Of a stretch of 64,000 nucleotides of DNA, positions 1 through 9,464 are shown one piece after another. The position numbers were made by a program, and so were the translations under genes. The stretch comes from Candidatus Poribacteria bacterium. Its GTDB lineage: Bacteria; Poribacteria; WGA-4E; WGA-3G. The notes under the pieces were generated by a model. That model was not told the DNA's origin and did not search any database. It worked only from the letters and a program-made list of their open reading frames with translations. Numbering within the stretch: position 1 is the stretch's first letter; every line of letters begins with the position of its first letter. Location: NCBI GenBank assembly GCA_965198235.1, contig OZ240248.1:2816001-2880000 (forward strand), read 5' to 3'.

Positions 1-624
1 CGAAACTTCGCTGTACTACTGATTATCTCCTTCGTTGTTGCTATTGAACTCCCCTTCTATTACAACTTGACATACCTGTTTCTAACCGAGGCAGAACACG
101 GTGTTGGTTTAGCAGGAAGTAGTGCCAATTTAGCGATGAGTCTCGGTCAAGTCGCCGAGGTTCTTTTGATGCTCCTCCTATTTCCGTGTTTGCGGCGGTT
201 TGGCATGCGGTTTACTATCTTTTTGGGTATCCTTGCGTGGCCCGTTCGTTATGCCATCTTCGCCATCGGTCAACCCGTATGGTTGGTTGTCGGTGCACAA
301 ACATTACACGGCATCTGCTATTCGTTCTTTTTCGTCGGTGGAATGATCGCTGTGGAACGGCTGAGTTCGCAAGATATTCGAGCGAGTTCTCAATCCTTGC
401 TCCTCTTTGTTACGAATGGGTTCGGGATGTTAGTAGGACATATTGTCAGCGGTCGTGTGCATGACTTCTTCGCTTACGCAGAAGGTGGGCACGCGTGGGC
501 GAAAATCTTTATGGTGCCGATTGTCGTAACAGTCTTTGCTGCAATCGCCTTCATCCTGTTATTCAACGAACAGAAATATCAGGCGGATGCAGAGGCAATC
601 GAACAAGACACCGCGAGCACATAA
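1..624 (+). CDS. MFS transporter, nucleoside:H+ symporter (NupG/XapB-like), 5' partial
   Basis: Frame is open from base 1; hydrophobic helices; motifs MSLGQVAEV, LHGICYSFFF and IRASSQ typical of the C-terminal half of nucleoside symporters. Confidence 0.75.
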   Translation, partial: RNFAVLLIISFVVAIELPFYYNLTYLFLTEAEHGVGLAGSSANLAMSLGQVAEVLLMLLLFPCLRRFGMRFTIFLGILAWPVRYAIFAIGQPVWLVVGAQTLHGICYSFFFVGGMIAVERLSSQDIRASSQSLLLFVTNGFGMLVGHIVSGRVHDFFAYAEGGHAWAKIFMVPIVVTVFAAIAFILLFNEQKYQADAEAIEQDTAST

Positions 625-638
625 TTGAGGTTAAAGTT

Positions 639-938
639 ATGTCAACTCACAAAACCCTCGTGCTTCACCCCTCTGGTGAGAATTTATCAATTTCAGCAAT
701 GCAGGATTGGCACATCATTGTTTCTGATGATGCTACCGCTGCTGAGCGTTACGCTGCCGAAGAGTTCAAAAAATGGTTTAGCCAAGCAACCGGGCTGACG
801 TTACCACTGAATACATCACGTTATGCGAACGCTACAACATGTCGCACGCCGCAGAAACGCAAACAGCAGAAGCGTATTTCGAGGAGCTCCGCAGCCAATA
901 GCAGACAATTCTCAACCCACTACATTTCTCTTTTTTAA
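639..938 (+). pseudogene. Truncated N-terminal fragment of a glycoside hydrolase/DUF4838-like protein
   Basis: RBS GAGG then ATG 639; IIVSDDATAAERYAAEEFKKWFSQATGLTLP resembles the N-terminal domain of GH20/GH67/DUF4838 proteins, then the sequence degenerates. Confidence 0.5.
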
Positions 939-1042
939 CTATTGACACTTGGGCATCGTTCCATTACATTCCACGATGGTTTCTGGTAAAGTTAGTAACC
1001 TCTCATAACCTAACGTAGGTTCTCTACTTAGACGGAAACCAC

Positions 1043-1086
1043 TGCGAAGCAAAATTATGCCTTAAGTGGCATAATTTTGCTTCGCA
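1043..1086. repeat. Perfect 19-bp inverted repeat (hairpin)
   Basis: TGCGAAGCAAAATTATGCC-ttaagt-GGCATAATTTTGCTTCGCA. Confidence 0.9.
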
Positions 1087-1183
1087 TTGTCCCGCAGGTT
1101 TCCTATAGAGGCTTGCGCAGAATGCTTTACATTTGGAGCAGTTTAACCATCAACTCGACTCCGTTATAAATGTTAAAGCACGA

Positions 1184-1262
1184 GTGTTTTTGCTTGGGGT
1201 TTTTGCTTGGGGTTTTTGATAGGGTGTTTCTGCGGATTTCTGTGGATTTCTGCGGATTTCTT
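1184..1262. repeat. Short tandem repeats
   Basis: GTTTTTGCTTGGG x2 followed by TTTCTGYGGA x3. Confidence 0.75.
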
Positions 1263-1293
1263 CGATGGTTAACAGATTTCCATAATTAAAAAA

Positions 1294-4041
1294 ATGTTTG
1301 ATTTCCGAACCCCACTTTTCCTGATCCTACTCATCGCGATTCCTGTGCTAATCTTTGTGCAATGGAGAGCACACCTCAGCACAGCGAAGTGGCGAAAGCG
1401 CGTAACCTTCTGCCTCAGAGGTACCGCGCTTCTGTGTGCAATTCTCGCCTTAGCCAACCTGCACCGGACGCATAAGGAACAACGACTCGCTGTCGTTTTC
1501 TTAATCGACACTTCCGAAAGCATCCAGCCCACACAATACGTAGAAGTATCCAAACAGATAAATGCCACTGTCACAAAATTGAAACCAGCTGACCAATTCG
1601 GCATTATCAGTTTTGCGAGGGAAGCCGTGGTCCGGCTGAAAATCCGTCAGAAGCAAGATCAACCAACGGAAATCGCGCCTATAGTGTCCTTGGAAACACT
1701 GGCAGAACAAACGATCCGGCGAGATGGCACCGATGTACTTACCGCACTCAAGCGTGCAATCGCCTTATTACCAGACAATTACCACCGACGGATAGTCCTA
1801 TTGAGCGATGGAGTGCACAACGCTGGTGGAACATCCCTCAAAGACTATCTGCCGTTGCTCTCGGCAAGCAACGTTGAGATATTAACGGTCCCTCTCGGTA
1901 CTGTTAACGATGCAGTTCGGGTAGTGCAGCTGCGGATGCCGTCTCAGGTTCGCAAAGGACAAAGTTTTGAGATTGGTGCAGTGATCGAAACTGATGGTAG
2001 TATCCCCACAATAACCGCCACCCTCTATCACAAAAACAGGTCGATCGACGAGTTTGAATGGACATTGCCAAGAGGTATACACCCTCTCTCCTTAACCTCT
2101 GAACGGTTTTTAGAAGAGGGAAATCATAGGTACACGCTGAAGCTGAACGTAACCGATGAAATTCCCGAAAATAATCAGGGACACGGGGTTGTGACAATTC
2201 AGGATAAACCACACGCCCTATACGTGGAAGAAGATCTGGCACACGCTGCGGCATTGGAAACCGTCCTTGAAGAGAACGGCTTCGTTATTGAGGCAATATC
2301 CCCCACAGAGATGCCAGCGGAATTGGTGGAACTCCAACGCAGCCATGTCTTGATTCTGAGCAACGTTTCTGCAGAGACATTCTCATCTGAGCAGCTGCAG
2401 AGCATCGAAAATTACGTCCGCGACCTCGGGCACGGATTAGTGGTTATCGGTGGCGAACGCGCGTACGGACCCGGAGGCTATACCGATACGGCGTTGGAAC
2501 GCACATTACCCGTGGAAATGACACCGCGTGAACGCAAGGACGCTGTCGCAATTGTTTTCGTGCTCGATACATCGGGGAGTATGGCAAACTACGTTGAGGC
2601 GCGGCAGAAAATCGGACTCGCCATTGAAGGGGTTCGTACTGGCATCCGCAATCTCGATGAGGAAGATGTAGCGGGAATTCTCGGCTTTAACGTAGATGTT
2701 CACACTATCTCCGATCTTACATCTGATCACGATGCGCTCCGCCAAACCGTGAGTCGGCTTAGGCCCACAGGCGGCACCACGAAGATGAAAGATGCTACTA
2801 AACGGGCTTACGAGATGCTCAAAGCAAACGACGCAAAACGGCAGCACATCGTTCTCTTATCAGATGGTAAATCTGATGATGATATGTCTGCTTTCCTTGA
2901 CTTAGCCGAACAGATTGCTGAAGCACGCATCAGTGTCACGACGATCGCGATAGGTGATGCAAACAGAGAACTCCTCACGCAGTTCGCAGAGAAGGGTAGC
3001 GGACGTGCTGTCTTTGTGGAAAATATTCAACAATTGCCAGCGATTTTAACGGAAGCTGTCCGAGAAACGCAGCGTTACATCGTTCAAGAACCCTTTCAAC
3101 CCGTTATTGCTACGACAACTGAATCCATTGTGGCAGGTATCGTTGCACCACCACCGCTCCATGGGTATGTTGCCACGACTGAAAAAGAGACTGCACAGGT
3201 GTTCATCCATTCGCATAAAGACGAACCGATCCTCGCAGGTTGGAATTTCGGTTTAGGGAAAGCGATCGCGTGGACATCAGATGTTAAACCGGCATGGGCA
3301 AAAGAGTGGATTCTCTGGCACAACTTCGGAAAATTTTGGGGACAAGTTATCAATTGGACGCTCCCCGCGGCAGACGCAGGCTCCGACTTCGATCTCAGAG
3401 TATCCATGCACCACAGCGTGGCGGAGGTCAATATTGATACACGAACACCATCAGAAGCGTCTTACAAAGTCCACGTCGTAGGTCCAGATCGCGCAAGTGA
3501 GATCGTTGAAATCCAACAGGTTACACCGACACGTTACAGCGGCACGTTCCAGATGCAGGACCGTGGATCCTATATCGTCACTGCCGAGCGTGAAGGTGAT
3601 ACACGTAGAAGTATCGAAACCCTGTCGCTCCCTTATCCGGCAGAATACGCGGAGTTTAGGGTCGATACCACTTCGCTGAAAATGCTCGCGACTGGCACTG
3701 CTGGTATTTATGAACCTACACCCACACAGATAGCAGCACCGGCTGGGGTGCCAATTGAAAGGCAGACTTCGCTTGCCCAAGTACTATTGGTTGTCGCCGC
3801 CATCCTGTTTGTGTTAGAGATGATCCTCCGGCGTTTCAGCATAACAAATAGGTATCTCGCAGAGTTTCTCGCTCGATTCCGTGGAAAATCTGCGATTAGC
3901 CCGGTAGAGGCTCAAGCCATACACGCACCGACGGAGGACACTATGCCATCGGATAGACGCAACACAGAAGACACAACGCCTCCGCAGTCATCAGAAGTTT
4001 CGATGACTCGATTATTAGCCGCCAAAAGGCGCGCACGTTGA
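1294..4041 (+). CDS. Membrane-anchored protein with two VWA domains and a glutamine-amidotransferase-like domain
   Basis: BatA-like N-terminus; MIDAS motifs DTSES and DTSGS; LLSDG twice; GLVVIGGERAYGPGGY; C-terminal TM helix. Confidence 0.85.
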   Translation: MFDFRTPLFLILLIAIPVLIFVQWRAHLSTAKWRKRVTFCLRGTALLCAILALANLHRTHKEQRLAVVFLIDTSESIQPTQYVEVSKQINATVTKLKPADQFGIISFAREAVVRLKIRQKQDQPTEIAPIVSLETLAEQTIRRDGTDVLTALKRAIALLPDNYHRRIVLLSDGVHNAGGTSLKDYLPLLSASNVEILTVPLGTVNDAVRVVQLRMPSQVRKGQSFEIGAVIETDGSIPTITATLYHKNRSIDEFEWTLPRGIHPLSLTSERFLEEGNHRYTLKLNVTDEIPENNQGHGVVTIQDKPHALYVEEDLAHAAALETVLEENGFVIEAISPTEMPAELVELQRSHVLILSNVSAETFSSEQLQSIENYVRDLGHGLVVIGGERAYGPGGYTDTALERTLPVEMTPRERKDAVAIVFVLDTSGSMANYVEARQKIGLAIEGVRTGIRNLDEEDVAGILGFNVDVHTISDLTSDHDALRQTVSRLRPTGGTTKMKDATKRAYEMLKANDAKRQHIVLLSDGKSDDDMSAFLDLAEQIAEARISVTTIAIGDANRELLTQFAEKGSGRAVFVENIQQLPAILTEAVRETQRYIVQEPFQPVIATTTESIVAGIVAPPPLHGYVATTEKETAQVFIHSHKDEPILAGWNFGLGKAIAWTSDVKPAWAKEWILWHNFGKFWGQVINWTLPAADAGSDFDLRVSMHHSVAEVNIDTRTPSEASYKVHVVGPDRASEIVEIQQVTPTRYSGTFQMQDRGSYIVTAEREGDTRRSIETLSLPYPAEYAEFRVDTTSLKMLATGTAGIYEPTPTQIAAPAGVPIERQTSLAQVLLVVAAILFVLEMILRRFSITNRYLAEFLARFRGKSAISPVEAQAIHAPTEDTMPSDRRNTEDTTPPQSSEVSMTRLLAAKRRAR

Positions 4042-4179
4042 TGCTGCGCGGTCAGCATGTACGATTTTTGCTAAAGGATTAAACTATTGGGAGTAGGTTG
4101 GTGTGAATTGAATTGAGTCTGAAGTGAGTTTTCAAGATATGGTCTCTGCTTCGGGTTATTTCGTTTTCGCGGAAACTTT

Positions 4180-4330
4180 AGTCCCGTGGGGACAATATCT
4201 GTGTAGAAAGTCATTAGGGGTCAGCAATCGGTGATCAGGGGTTAGCCAATGCCTCTTGAGTCCCGTAGGGGCGATATCTGTGTAGAAAAGGGGTTCCCCG
4301 GCTCCAAAAGCCCCGTAGGGGCGGCATTTG
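4180..4330. repeat. Cluster of REP-like repeats
   Basis: GTCCCGTGGGGACAATATCTGTGTAGAAA, GTCCCGTAGGGGCGATATCTGTGTAGAAA and GCCCCGTAGGGGCG. Confidence 0.7.
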
Positions 4331-4343
4331 TCAGCATTTCGTC

Positions 4344-5204
4344 TCAAACTTCGTCAGGAACCATCGCTCCTACCGGAAAGCTGAATGAACCTGGTCTCTG
4401 CTGAATATTTTCCTGTGCCAATTGATAATACTGAGGTAAAATTTCAATGCCAACAGAATTTCTTAATAACGTTTGAGCGACCTGACACGTCGTACCGGCA
4501 CCTGCAAACGGATCAAGCACCCAATCATTTTCTTTCGTAAACAACTTGATAAACCATTCGGGCAGTGCCTTAGGAAAAACGGCACTGTGTTTCCGATTTC
4601 CCGTTTCCGTCGCCAAGTGTAAAACATTCGTTGGATACGCCATTTTTCGATCTAACCAATTTGAGACATTCTTACCAAACCCACTCCCGACTTTTGATGT
4701 ATCCCGATTTTGATCTGTTTCGCTGAGATTCTTTAACCTTTTCTCCGCCCAATCTCCCATCGGCACCATGACTGCCTCTTGGTACATATTGAACTTTTTG
4801 CTTTTATTAAACTGCAGACATCTTTCCCAAGCGTCCCTGAATCGGTTCGGCCACTTGCCCGGATAGCAGTTTTTCTTGTGCCAGACAAATTCCTCTGTCC
4901 ACAACCACCCCTGCTTTCTCATTTCAAGTATCAACTCAATGACATAAGTATGCCGTTCCCCATCAATAGCCTGCTCTTTGATGTTCAGAATGAACGTGCC
5001 AGACGGCTTGAGGACTCTCAAAAATTCTTCAGCACGGGGCATAAACCAATTGACATATTCATCAGGGCTGATTCCGCCATACGTTTTGGATCGGCGATCC
5101 GCATACGGCGGAGAAGTCATAATCAGGTCGAATGAATCGGTGTCAAAATCGGAGAGTACCTCCACGCAATCTCCAAGATAAAGGTCTGTTTTTATTCGTG
5201 TCAT
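4344..5204 (-). CDS. Site-specific DNA methyltransferase (N4-C/N6-A, beta class), apparently orphan
   Basis: Catalytic TSPPY precedes the SAM-binding motif VLDPFAGAGTT; HSAVFP. Confidence 0.9.
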   Translation of the reverse strand: MTRIKTDLYLGDCVEVLSDFDTDSFDLIMTSPPYADRRSKTYGGISPDEYVNWFMPRAEEFLRVLKPSGTFILNIKEQAIDGERHTYVIELILEMRKQGWLWTEEFVWHKKNCYPGKWPNRFRDAWERCLQFNKSKKFNMYQEAVMVPMGDWAEKRLKNLSETDQNRDTSKVGSGFGKNVSNWLDRKMAYPTNVLHLATETGNRKHSAVFPKALPEWFIKLFTKENDWVLDPFAGAGTTCQVAQTLLRNSVGIEILPQYYQLAQENIQQRPGSFSFPVGAMVPDEV

Positions 5205-5412
5205 CCAATAATCTGCCTTTACGTGAGTAATTACCAAGATAATACCATACCTGCACCAAAAAATCGAGCAAAAGGTTAGCACTTACGCATCACTTTACGC
5301 GGAAACGTCAACGCTCCGATAGGTGTATAGGTCGTAGGTGTGAAGGAAAAAGGGATGGCTATTGATGCAGATAGAAGACCTCTGCAATGAGATCATCGTA
5401 TAGATACTATAT

Positions 5413-5543
5413 AGGACTTACGCATTTCCTCTTAAAGTCCCCCTGATAAGGGGGATTTAGGGGGTTAAATCACTGAAATACTCTCACTGCGAGGCATTTT
5501 TTGGTGAGATATATTGCCGCTTTACGCAATTTGCGTAAGTCCT
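5413..5543 (+). mobile_element. MITE copy 1 (shares TIRs with the IS at 8243)
   Basis: Ends AGGACTTACGCA...TGCGTAAGTCCT; internal CCCCCTGATAAGGGGG hairpin. Confidence 0.85.
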
Positions 5544-5661
5544 GCTATAGTGAAACCCAACACCTCAGTCCAAGTTACGTTCGTATGTATGAAGTGTTGG
5601 GTTCATTCATTTTGGAAGGCTTCAAATAAAATGAAACAACCAAAAGGCGCGCACGTTAAGG

Positions 5662-7119
5662 TTATGCCAACGGGCGCTGTCGAATCTCATGCCAAGGACC
5701 CGTGATCGCCAGCGTAATCCCGTGACTCTGAATGTTCACAAAAAGAGTCGTACCATCAGGTGAGAACGTCGCGCCCGCGAGTTCAGACATATTACCTGCA
5801 TTTCGAGCGAATCGATAGAGATGTCCGTCAGGTGTCACCCCAATCAGAAACTCCTCTTCTGGACCGTCTTCGCAGATAATCAGATCCCCCCACGGTGTGA
5901 CAGTCAGGTTATCGGCGTTTTCCATGAGATTCCTGTCGTTTGGCTCAATGAAAAGTTGAAGTGTGCCGGGTTGTTTTGCTTCCCGGCTTGTGCCTTCATA
6001 AGGACTCGGTATGTATTTCCAGATCTGCCCTTTGTACGCAATACCACCATTCGTGCAGGCGATATAAAATTCTCCATTGTCGGAGTCACCACCGTACCAA
6101 ATCCCTTCACCTCGTGCGAACTTCGCCGCGTCTTTACCTTCAGTTCCTTGTATGCGGAGATCGTCGTCCGGTGATTCTACGTTCTCAATATCTACCCATT
6201 CAACTGTGAGGGTTTCTCCGATCGGAAGCGGGTTGTACGTCCATGGGAAAATCTTTTGCATCCGGCTTCGCCAGTTTCGGGTGTCTGCGCGCTTCAGATC
6301 CCGAATCTTCAGTGCCTGAAGTTTGCCACCTGCCGCGAGTTCACCCGGCGTGTCTGGGATAAACCGATAGATTAAACTATCGCCCCTGTCTTCGGTTTGA
6401 TAGACAATCCCGGTTCTCGGATCAACAGCGACTGCCTCATGGTTGAAACGTCCCATTGCCTTCAACGGGATAGGCGAGGCTAATCCTATATCAGCAGAAA
6501 CCGGCACCTCAAAATTATACCCATGGTCCACTTCGTACGTTTCCTCTGCCTTCTGCATGGTTTCTTCACAGGTTATCCATGTGTTCCAAGGCGTGAGACC
6601 ACCGGCACAATTCCGGATCGTCCCCGTCAGACTCAAGAAATGTTTCTCCAGCGTCTGGGTCCGCGTGTCATAGACGAGCGTCGTGGTCCCACCGAGGCAA
6701 GGCAATTCACCGGATCCAGCATCATATAAATTGTCGATAGCAGCGCGTTCCAGTTTCTCGTTATTCCATCCAAAGGGTCCGACGTTTTTGGCTGTGGCGA
6801 TCAATTCGTGATTTCGGACGAGAATAGTTTTGCCGTTGGGACCGGGGAAAGCTGCCATACCATCGTGTCCGCCCGGCACCCAAAGTCCATCGTCCATCTT
6901 TTCACCTGTTCTCGAAAAAGCGTGGGCGGTGAATCCTTCGGGGAGGTCAAGAAGGCGATTTGGAGTCGGCGTGTATTCGTAAGGCGGATCAGGTCTGAAG
7001 CCCGGCACTGTTTGAATCAACGCTCGGCTACACCCCAAAAATCCGAGGCTGACTGCTGTAGATGTGACCGAGAGTGTGCCATAACGTAGAAATTGCCGTC
7101 GAGATAGTTTATTCTTCAT
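5662..7119 (-). CDS. phoX: PhoX-family (DUF839) alkaline phosphatase, Tat-exported
   Basis: SRRQFL twin-arginine signal; LVRNHE, NCAGGLTPWNTWITCEE, MGRFNHEA, ICEDG, TLFVNIQ. Confidence 0.85.
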   Translation of the reverse strand: MKNKLSRRQFLRYGTLSVTSTAVSLGFLGCSRALIQTVPGFRPDPPYEYTPTPNRLLDLPEGFTAHAFSRTGEKMDDGLWVPGGHDGMAAFPGPNGKTILVRNHELIATAKNVGPFGWNNEKLERAAIDNLYDAGSGELPCLGGTTTLVYDTRTQTLEKHFLSLTGTIRNCAGGLTPWNTWITCEETMQKAEETYEVDHGYNFEVPVSADIGLASPIPLKAMGRFNHEAVAVDPRTGIVYQTEDRGDSLIYRFIPDTPGELAAGGKLQALKIRDLKRADTRNWRSRMQKIFPWTYNPLPIGETLTVEWVDIENVESPDDDLRIQGTEGKDAAKFARGEGIWYGGDSDNGEFYIACTNGGIAYKGQIWKYIPSPYEGTSREAKQPGTLQLFIEPNDRNLMENADNLTVTPWGDLIICEDGPEEEFLIGVTPDGHLYRFARNAGNMSELAGATFSPDGTTLFVNIQSHGITLAITGPWHEIRQRPLA

Positions 7120-7151
7120 AAAGTTCCCTCACCAAGCGTTAAAGCAGTAAT

Positions 7152-7271
7152 AGGACTTACGCAAATTGAGCAAATATAGGGCATTCCCACGCAAAAAGTG
7201 GCAATTTCAGTGTTTTTACCCCCCTAAATCCCCCTTATCAGGGGGACTTTAAGAGGAAATGCGTAAGTCCT
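7152..7271 (-). mobile_element. MITE copy 2 (inverted relative to copy 1)
   Basis: Same TIRs; the right about 50 bp is the reverse complement of the left about 50 bp of copy 1. Confidence 0.85.
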
Positions 7272-7276
7272 GTGTT

Positions 7277-8065
7277 TTATGGATTGATTTTGAGTTGCGC
7301 CCATGTCACAGCAAGTTTGTGGTGCGGTTCAACAGCGAGAATTTTATCCTGAAGGGTAGCGGTGTAGAATAACAGGTTTTCAATAAACGGAAGATTCAGA
7401 TCGACCTGCGCCTGATTTTCATTTTGCATCGATGTGACGATATATGCACCATCACCATGATATAGGAGTGCCACAATGAGATGCTTACCGAGTGTCGCGA
7501 GTGGAATAAAGGCGCGATCGGGGTTGTGCCATTTATCGTTCGTCACAATCACTTTTATCTTGTTTGGCTCGGTGAAAAGCGTTCCGACCTCCGGTGCCTT
7601 TGTCGGTTCAAAATTCTCTGTGCCACCGGTTTCATCACCGTTTAGTGGTTTAGGGAGCCAAGGTGTTGGACATCCCACAGCATCATCGTGGTCCTGCTCA
7701 ACGACAATGCAAACCCCACCCTCCTCAACAAACTCTAAAACGGCATCTGATTCCTCGTCAGTGAAACGCCATCCACCTTCACAAATCTCACCTTGCCCAA
7801 GCCAGAGAATATCAAAGTCTGTGGCATCCGCTTTCGCGAGTTTCGAATCTTGCGTAATCTCGTAATCGAAGGTATAATTCTTAACTTTTTTCACACCTTT
7901 ACTAATCGTTGGTGCTTCAATCTTGCTTACGTTGTTCCCCAATATCAATACCTTTTTTGTTGTCGCAGCTATTGATGTAACAGGGAACGTCACTACAGTA
8001 AGGAGCAAACACAAAAAACATACCGAAACGGTATGAAATTGACTCGTTATTGTTCTTCTTTCCAT
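7277..8065 (-). CDS. Secreted hypothetical protein with conserved C-terminal motif
   Basis: RBS GGAGG; signal peptide; ends AVEPHHKLAVTWAQLKINP. Confidence 0.75.
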   Translation of the reverse strand: MERRTITSQFHTVSVCFLCLLLTVVTFPVTSIAATTKKVLILGNNVSKIEAPTISKGVKKVKNYTFDYEITQDSKLAKADATDFDILWLGQGEICEGGWRFTDEESDAVLEFVEEGGVCIVVEQDHDDAVGCPTPWLPKPLNGDETGGTENFEPTKAPEVGTLFTEPNKIKVIVTNDKWHNPDRAFIPLATLGKHLIVALLYHGDGAYIVTSMQNENQAQVDLNLPFIENLLFYTATLQDKILAVEPHHKLAVTWAQLKINP

Positions 8066-8242
8066 TTCTTGAATACCTCCTTTTGATGCAATGGAAACTG
8101 TGTGCGTTTCAGGACATAAGAACTCACTGTCCTTTTTGCTACGGAACTTATATCACGTTATAAAATGCTGCCGACCTCATTTGGCAAAATGTTAACATAT
8201 TTGTCAAAAAATGTCAAGAAAAAATCAAATAATCCTTTTCCT

Positions 8243-9335
8243 TTAGGACTTACGCAATAGTTTAGAAAAGTGTTATACTTAGAGATTATGAAAACCTTAT
8301 CCCTCTCAGAAAAGAAGCAGCCGTTATTTTCGGATTACTGTCAGTTTCTGTTAGCAAGTTTCGACAACTTCACACAGACGTATTTTGCGGATCACACCGA
8401 GAAGTGGAGTCATGACCCACTCAATCGTCTGCTGCGTGAAGAACGTATCTCTGCTGGCGACTTGTGGCGATCGGTGAAAAACGATATAGAGTTTCATCCA
8501 GACGGCTACCTCCTCTTTGACGATACCGTTGTGTCAAAACCCTACGGAAACCAAGCGATTCAACCGGTTCGCAGACAATGGAGCGGTTCTGAGAAGCGCG
8601 TCGTTGAAGGTATCGGTATTGTCACATGCGTCTATGTCCATCCAAAGACGCATGCCTATTGGATCATTGATTATCGTATTTATGACGTTGACCGAGATGC
8701 TAAAACCAAGTTGGAGCATCTTCTGGATATGTTGCGGAATGCTCATTTCGTCAAACGTCTACCTTTTCGGACGGTGTTGATAGATGCCTGGTATGCTTCA
8801 ATGAACGTCATGAAAGCGATTGAAGCACTTTCTAAAGTCTACTATGCGCCCCTGAAACGTAATCGTCTTGTCAGCACTTCGGTAGAAACGCCTTACCCAC
8901 GCATTGAGGCACTGACATGGACACCTGCTGAAGCGTCTGAAGGCACACTCGTGCATATCAATAAGTTTCCCAAAGGTCATCAAGTGAAGGTGTTTCGGCT
9001 CGTGTCCGACTCCGGGCGCACGGAATATATTGCCACCAACGATTTATCTCAATCCGATACCGAGGCGACGCAACAGAAATGTCGTCTCCGCTGGAAGATT
9101 GAGCAACTTCACCGGGAACTGAAACAGACGACAGGGATTGGCGAGTGTCAGTGTCGTCAGCATCGTGCCCAACGCAATCACATCGCCTGTTGTCTATGGG
9201 TCTGGGTCTCTCTGACGCGTGCTGCTCGGGCAGCCGGTCAAACCATTTATCAACTCAAGGAAAGTTTACGCCATGACTACATGCGACAACAACTTCAAAA
9301 ACCTACTATTTCTGTCAATATTGCGTAAGTCCTAA
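8243..9335 (+). mobile_element. Insertion sequence, IS701-like
   Basis: 17-bp perfect TIRs TTAGGACTTACGCAATA / TATTGCGTAAGTCCTAA enclosing one DDE transposase. Confidence 0.9.
8288..9328 (+). CDS. DDE transposase, IS701 family
   Basis: LLFDDT, VLIDAWY, RWKIEQLHRELKQTTG; the stop codon lies within the right TIR. Confidence 0.85.
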   Translation: MKTLSLSEKKQPLFSDYCQFLLASFDNFTQTYFADHTEKWSHDPLNRLLREERISAGDLWRSVKNDIEFHPDGYLLFDDTVVSKPYGNQAIQPVRRQWSGSEKRVVEGIGIVTCVYVHPKTHAYWIIDYRIYDVDRDAKTKLEHLLDMLRNAHFVKRLPFRTVLIDAWYASMNVMKAIEALSKVYYAPLKRNRLVSTSVETPYPRIEALTWTPAEASEGTLVHINKFPKGHQVKVFRLVSDSGRTEYIATNDLSQSDTEATQQKCRLRWKIEQLHRELKQTTGIGECQCRQHRAQRNHIACCLWVWVSLTRAARAAGQTIYQLKESLRHDYMRQQLQKPTISVNIA

Positions 9336-9384
9336 GTAATTGTGTATTTTGCCATAAATGACCCGATGCCTGAGAAATGCCATC

Positions 9385-9413
9385 TTGACAATACAGCGAG
9401 ATTATGTTAAAAT
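9385..9413 (+). promoter_or_regulatory. sigma70 promoter of leuS
   Basis: TTGACA-17 nt-TAAAAT with extended -10 TG. Confidence 0.75.
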
Positions 9414-9464
9414 TTATTCTTGTAAAACCACTATGAACAGGATGAAAAAGGAGACGAACGCGAA

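Noticed and set aside
4180-4330. Possible CRISPR mini-array
   Set aside because: Only 2-3 degenerate palindromic units, irregular spacing and no cas genes; more like REP elements
9336-9464. T-box or attenuator upstream of leuS
   Set aside because: The promoter lies only about 50 nt from the start; no T-box motif or leader peptide
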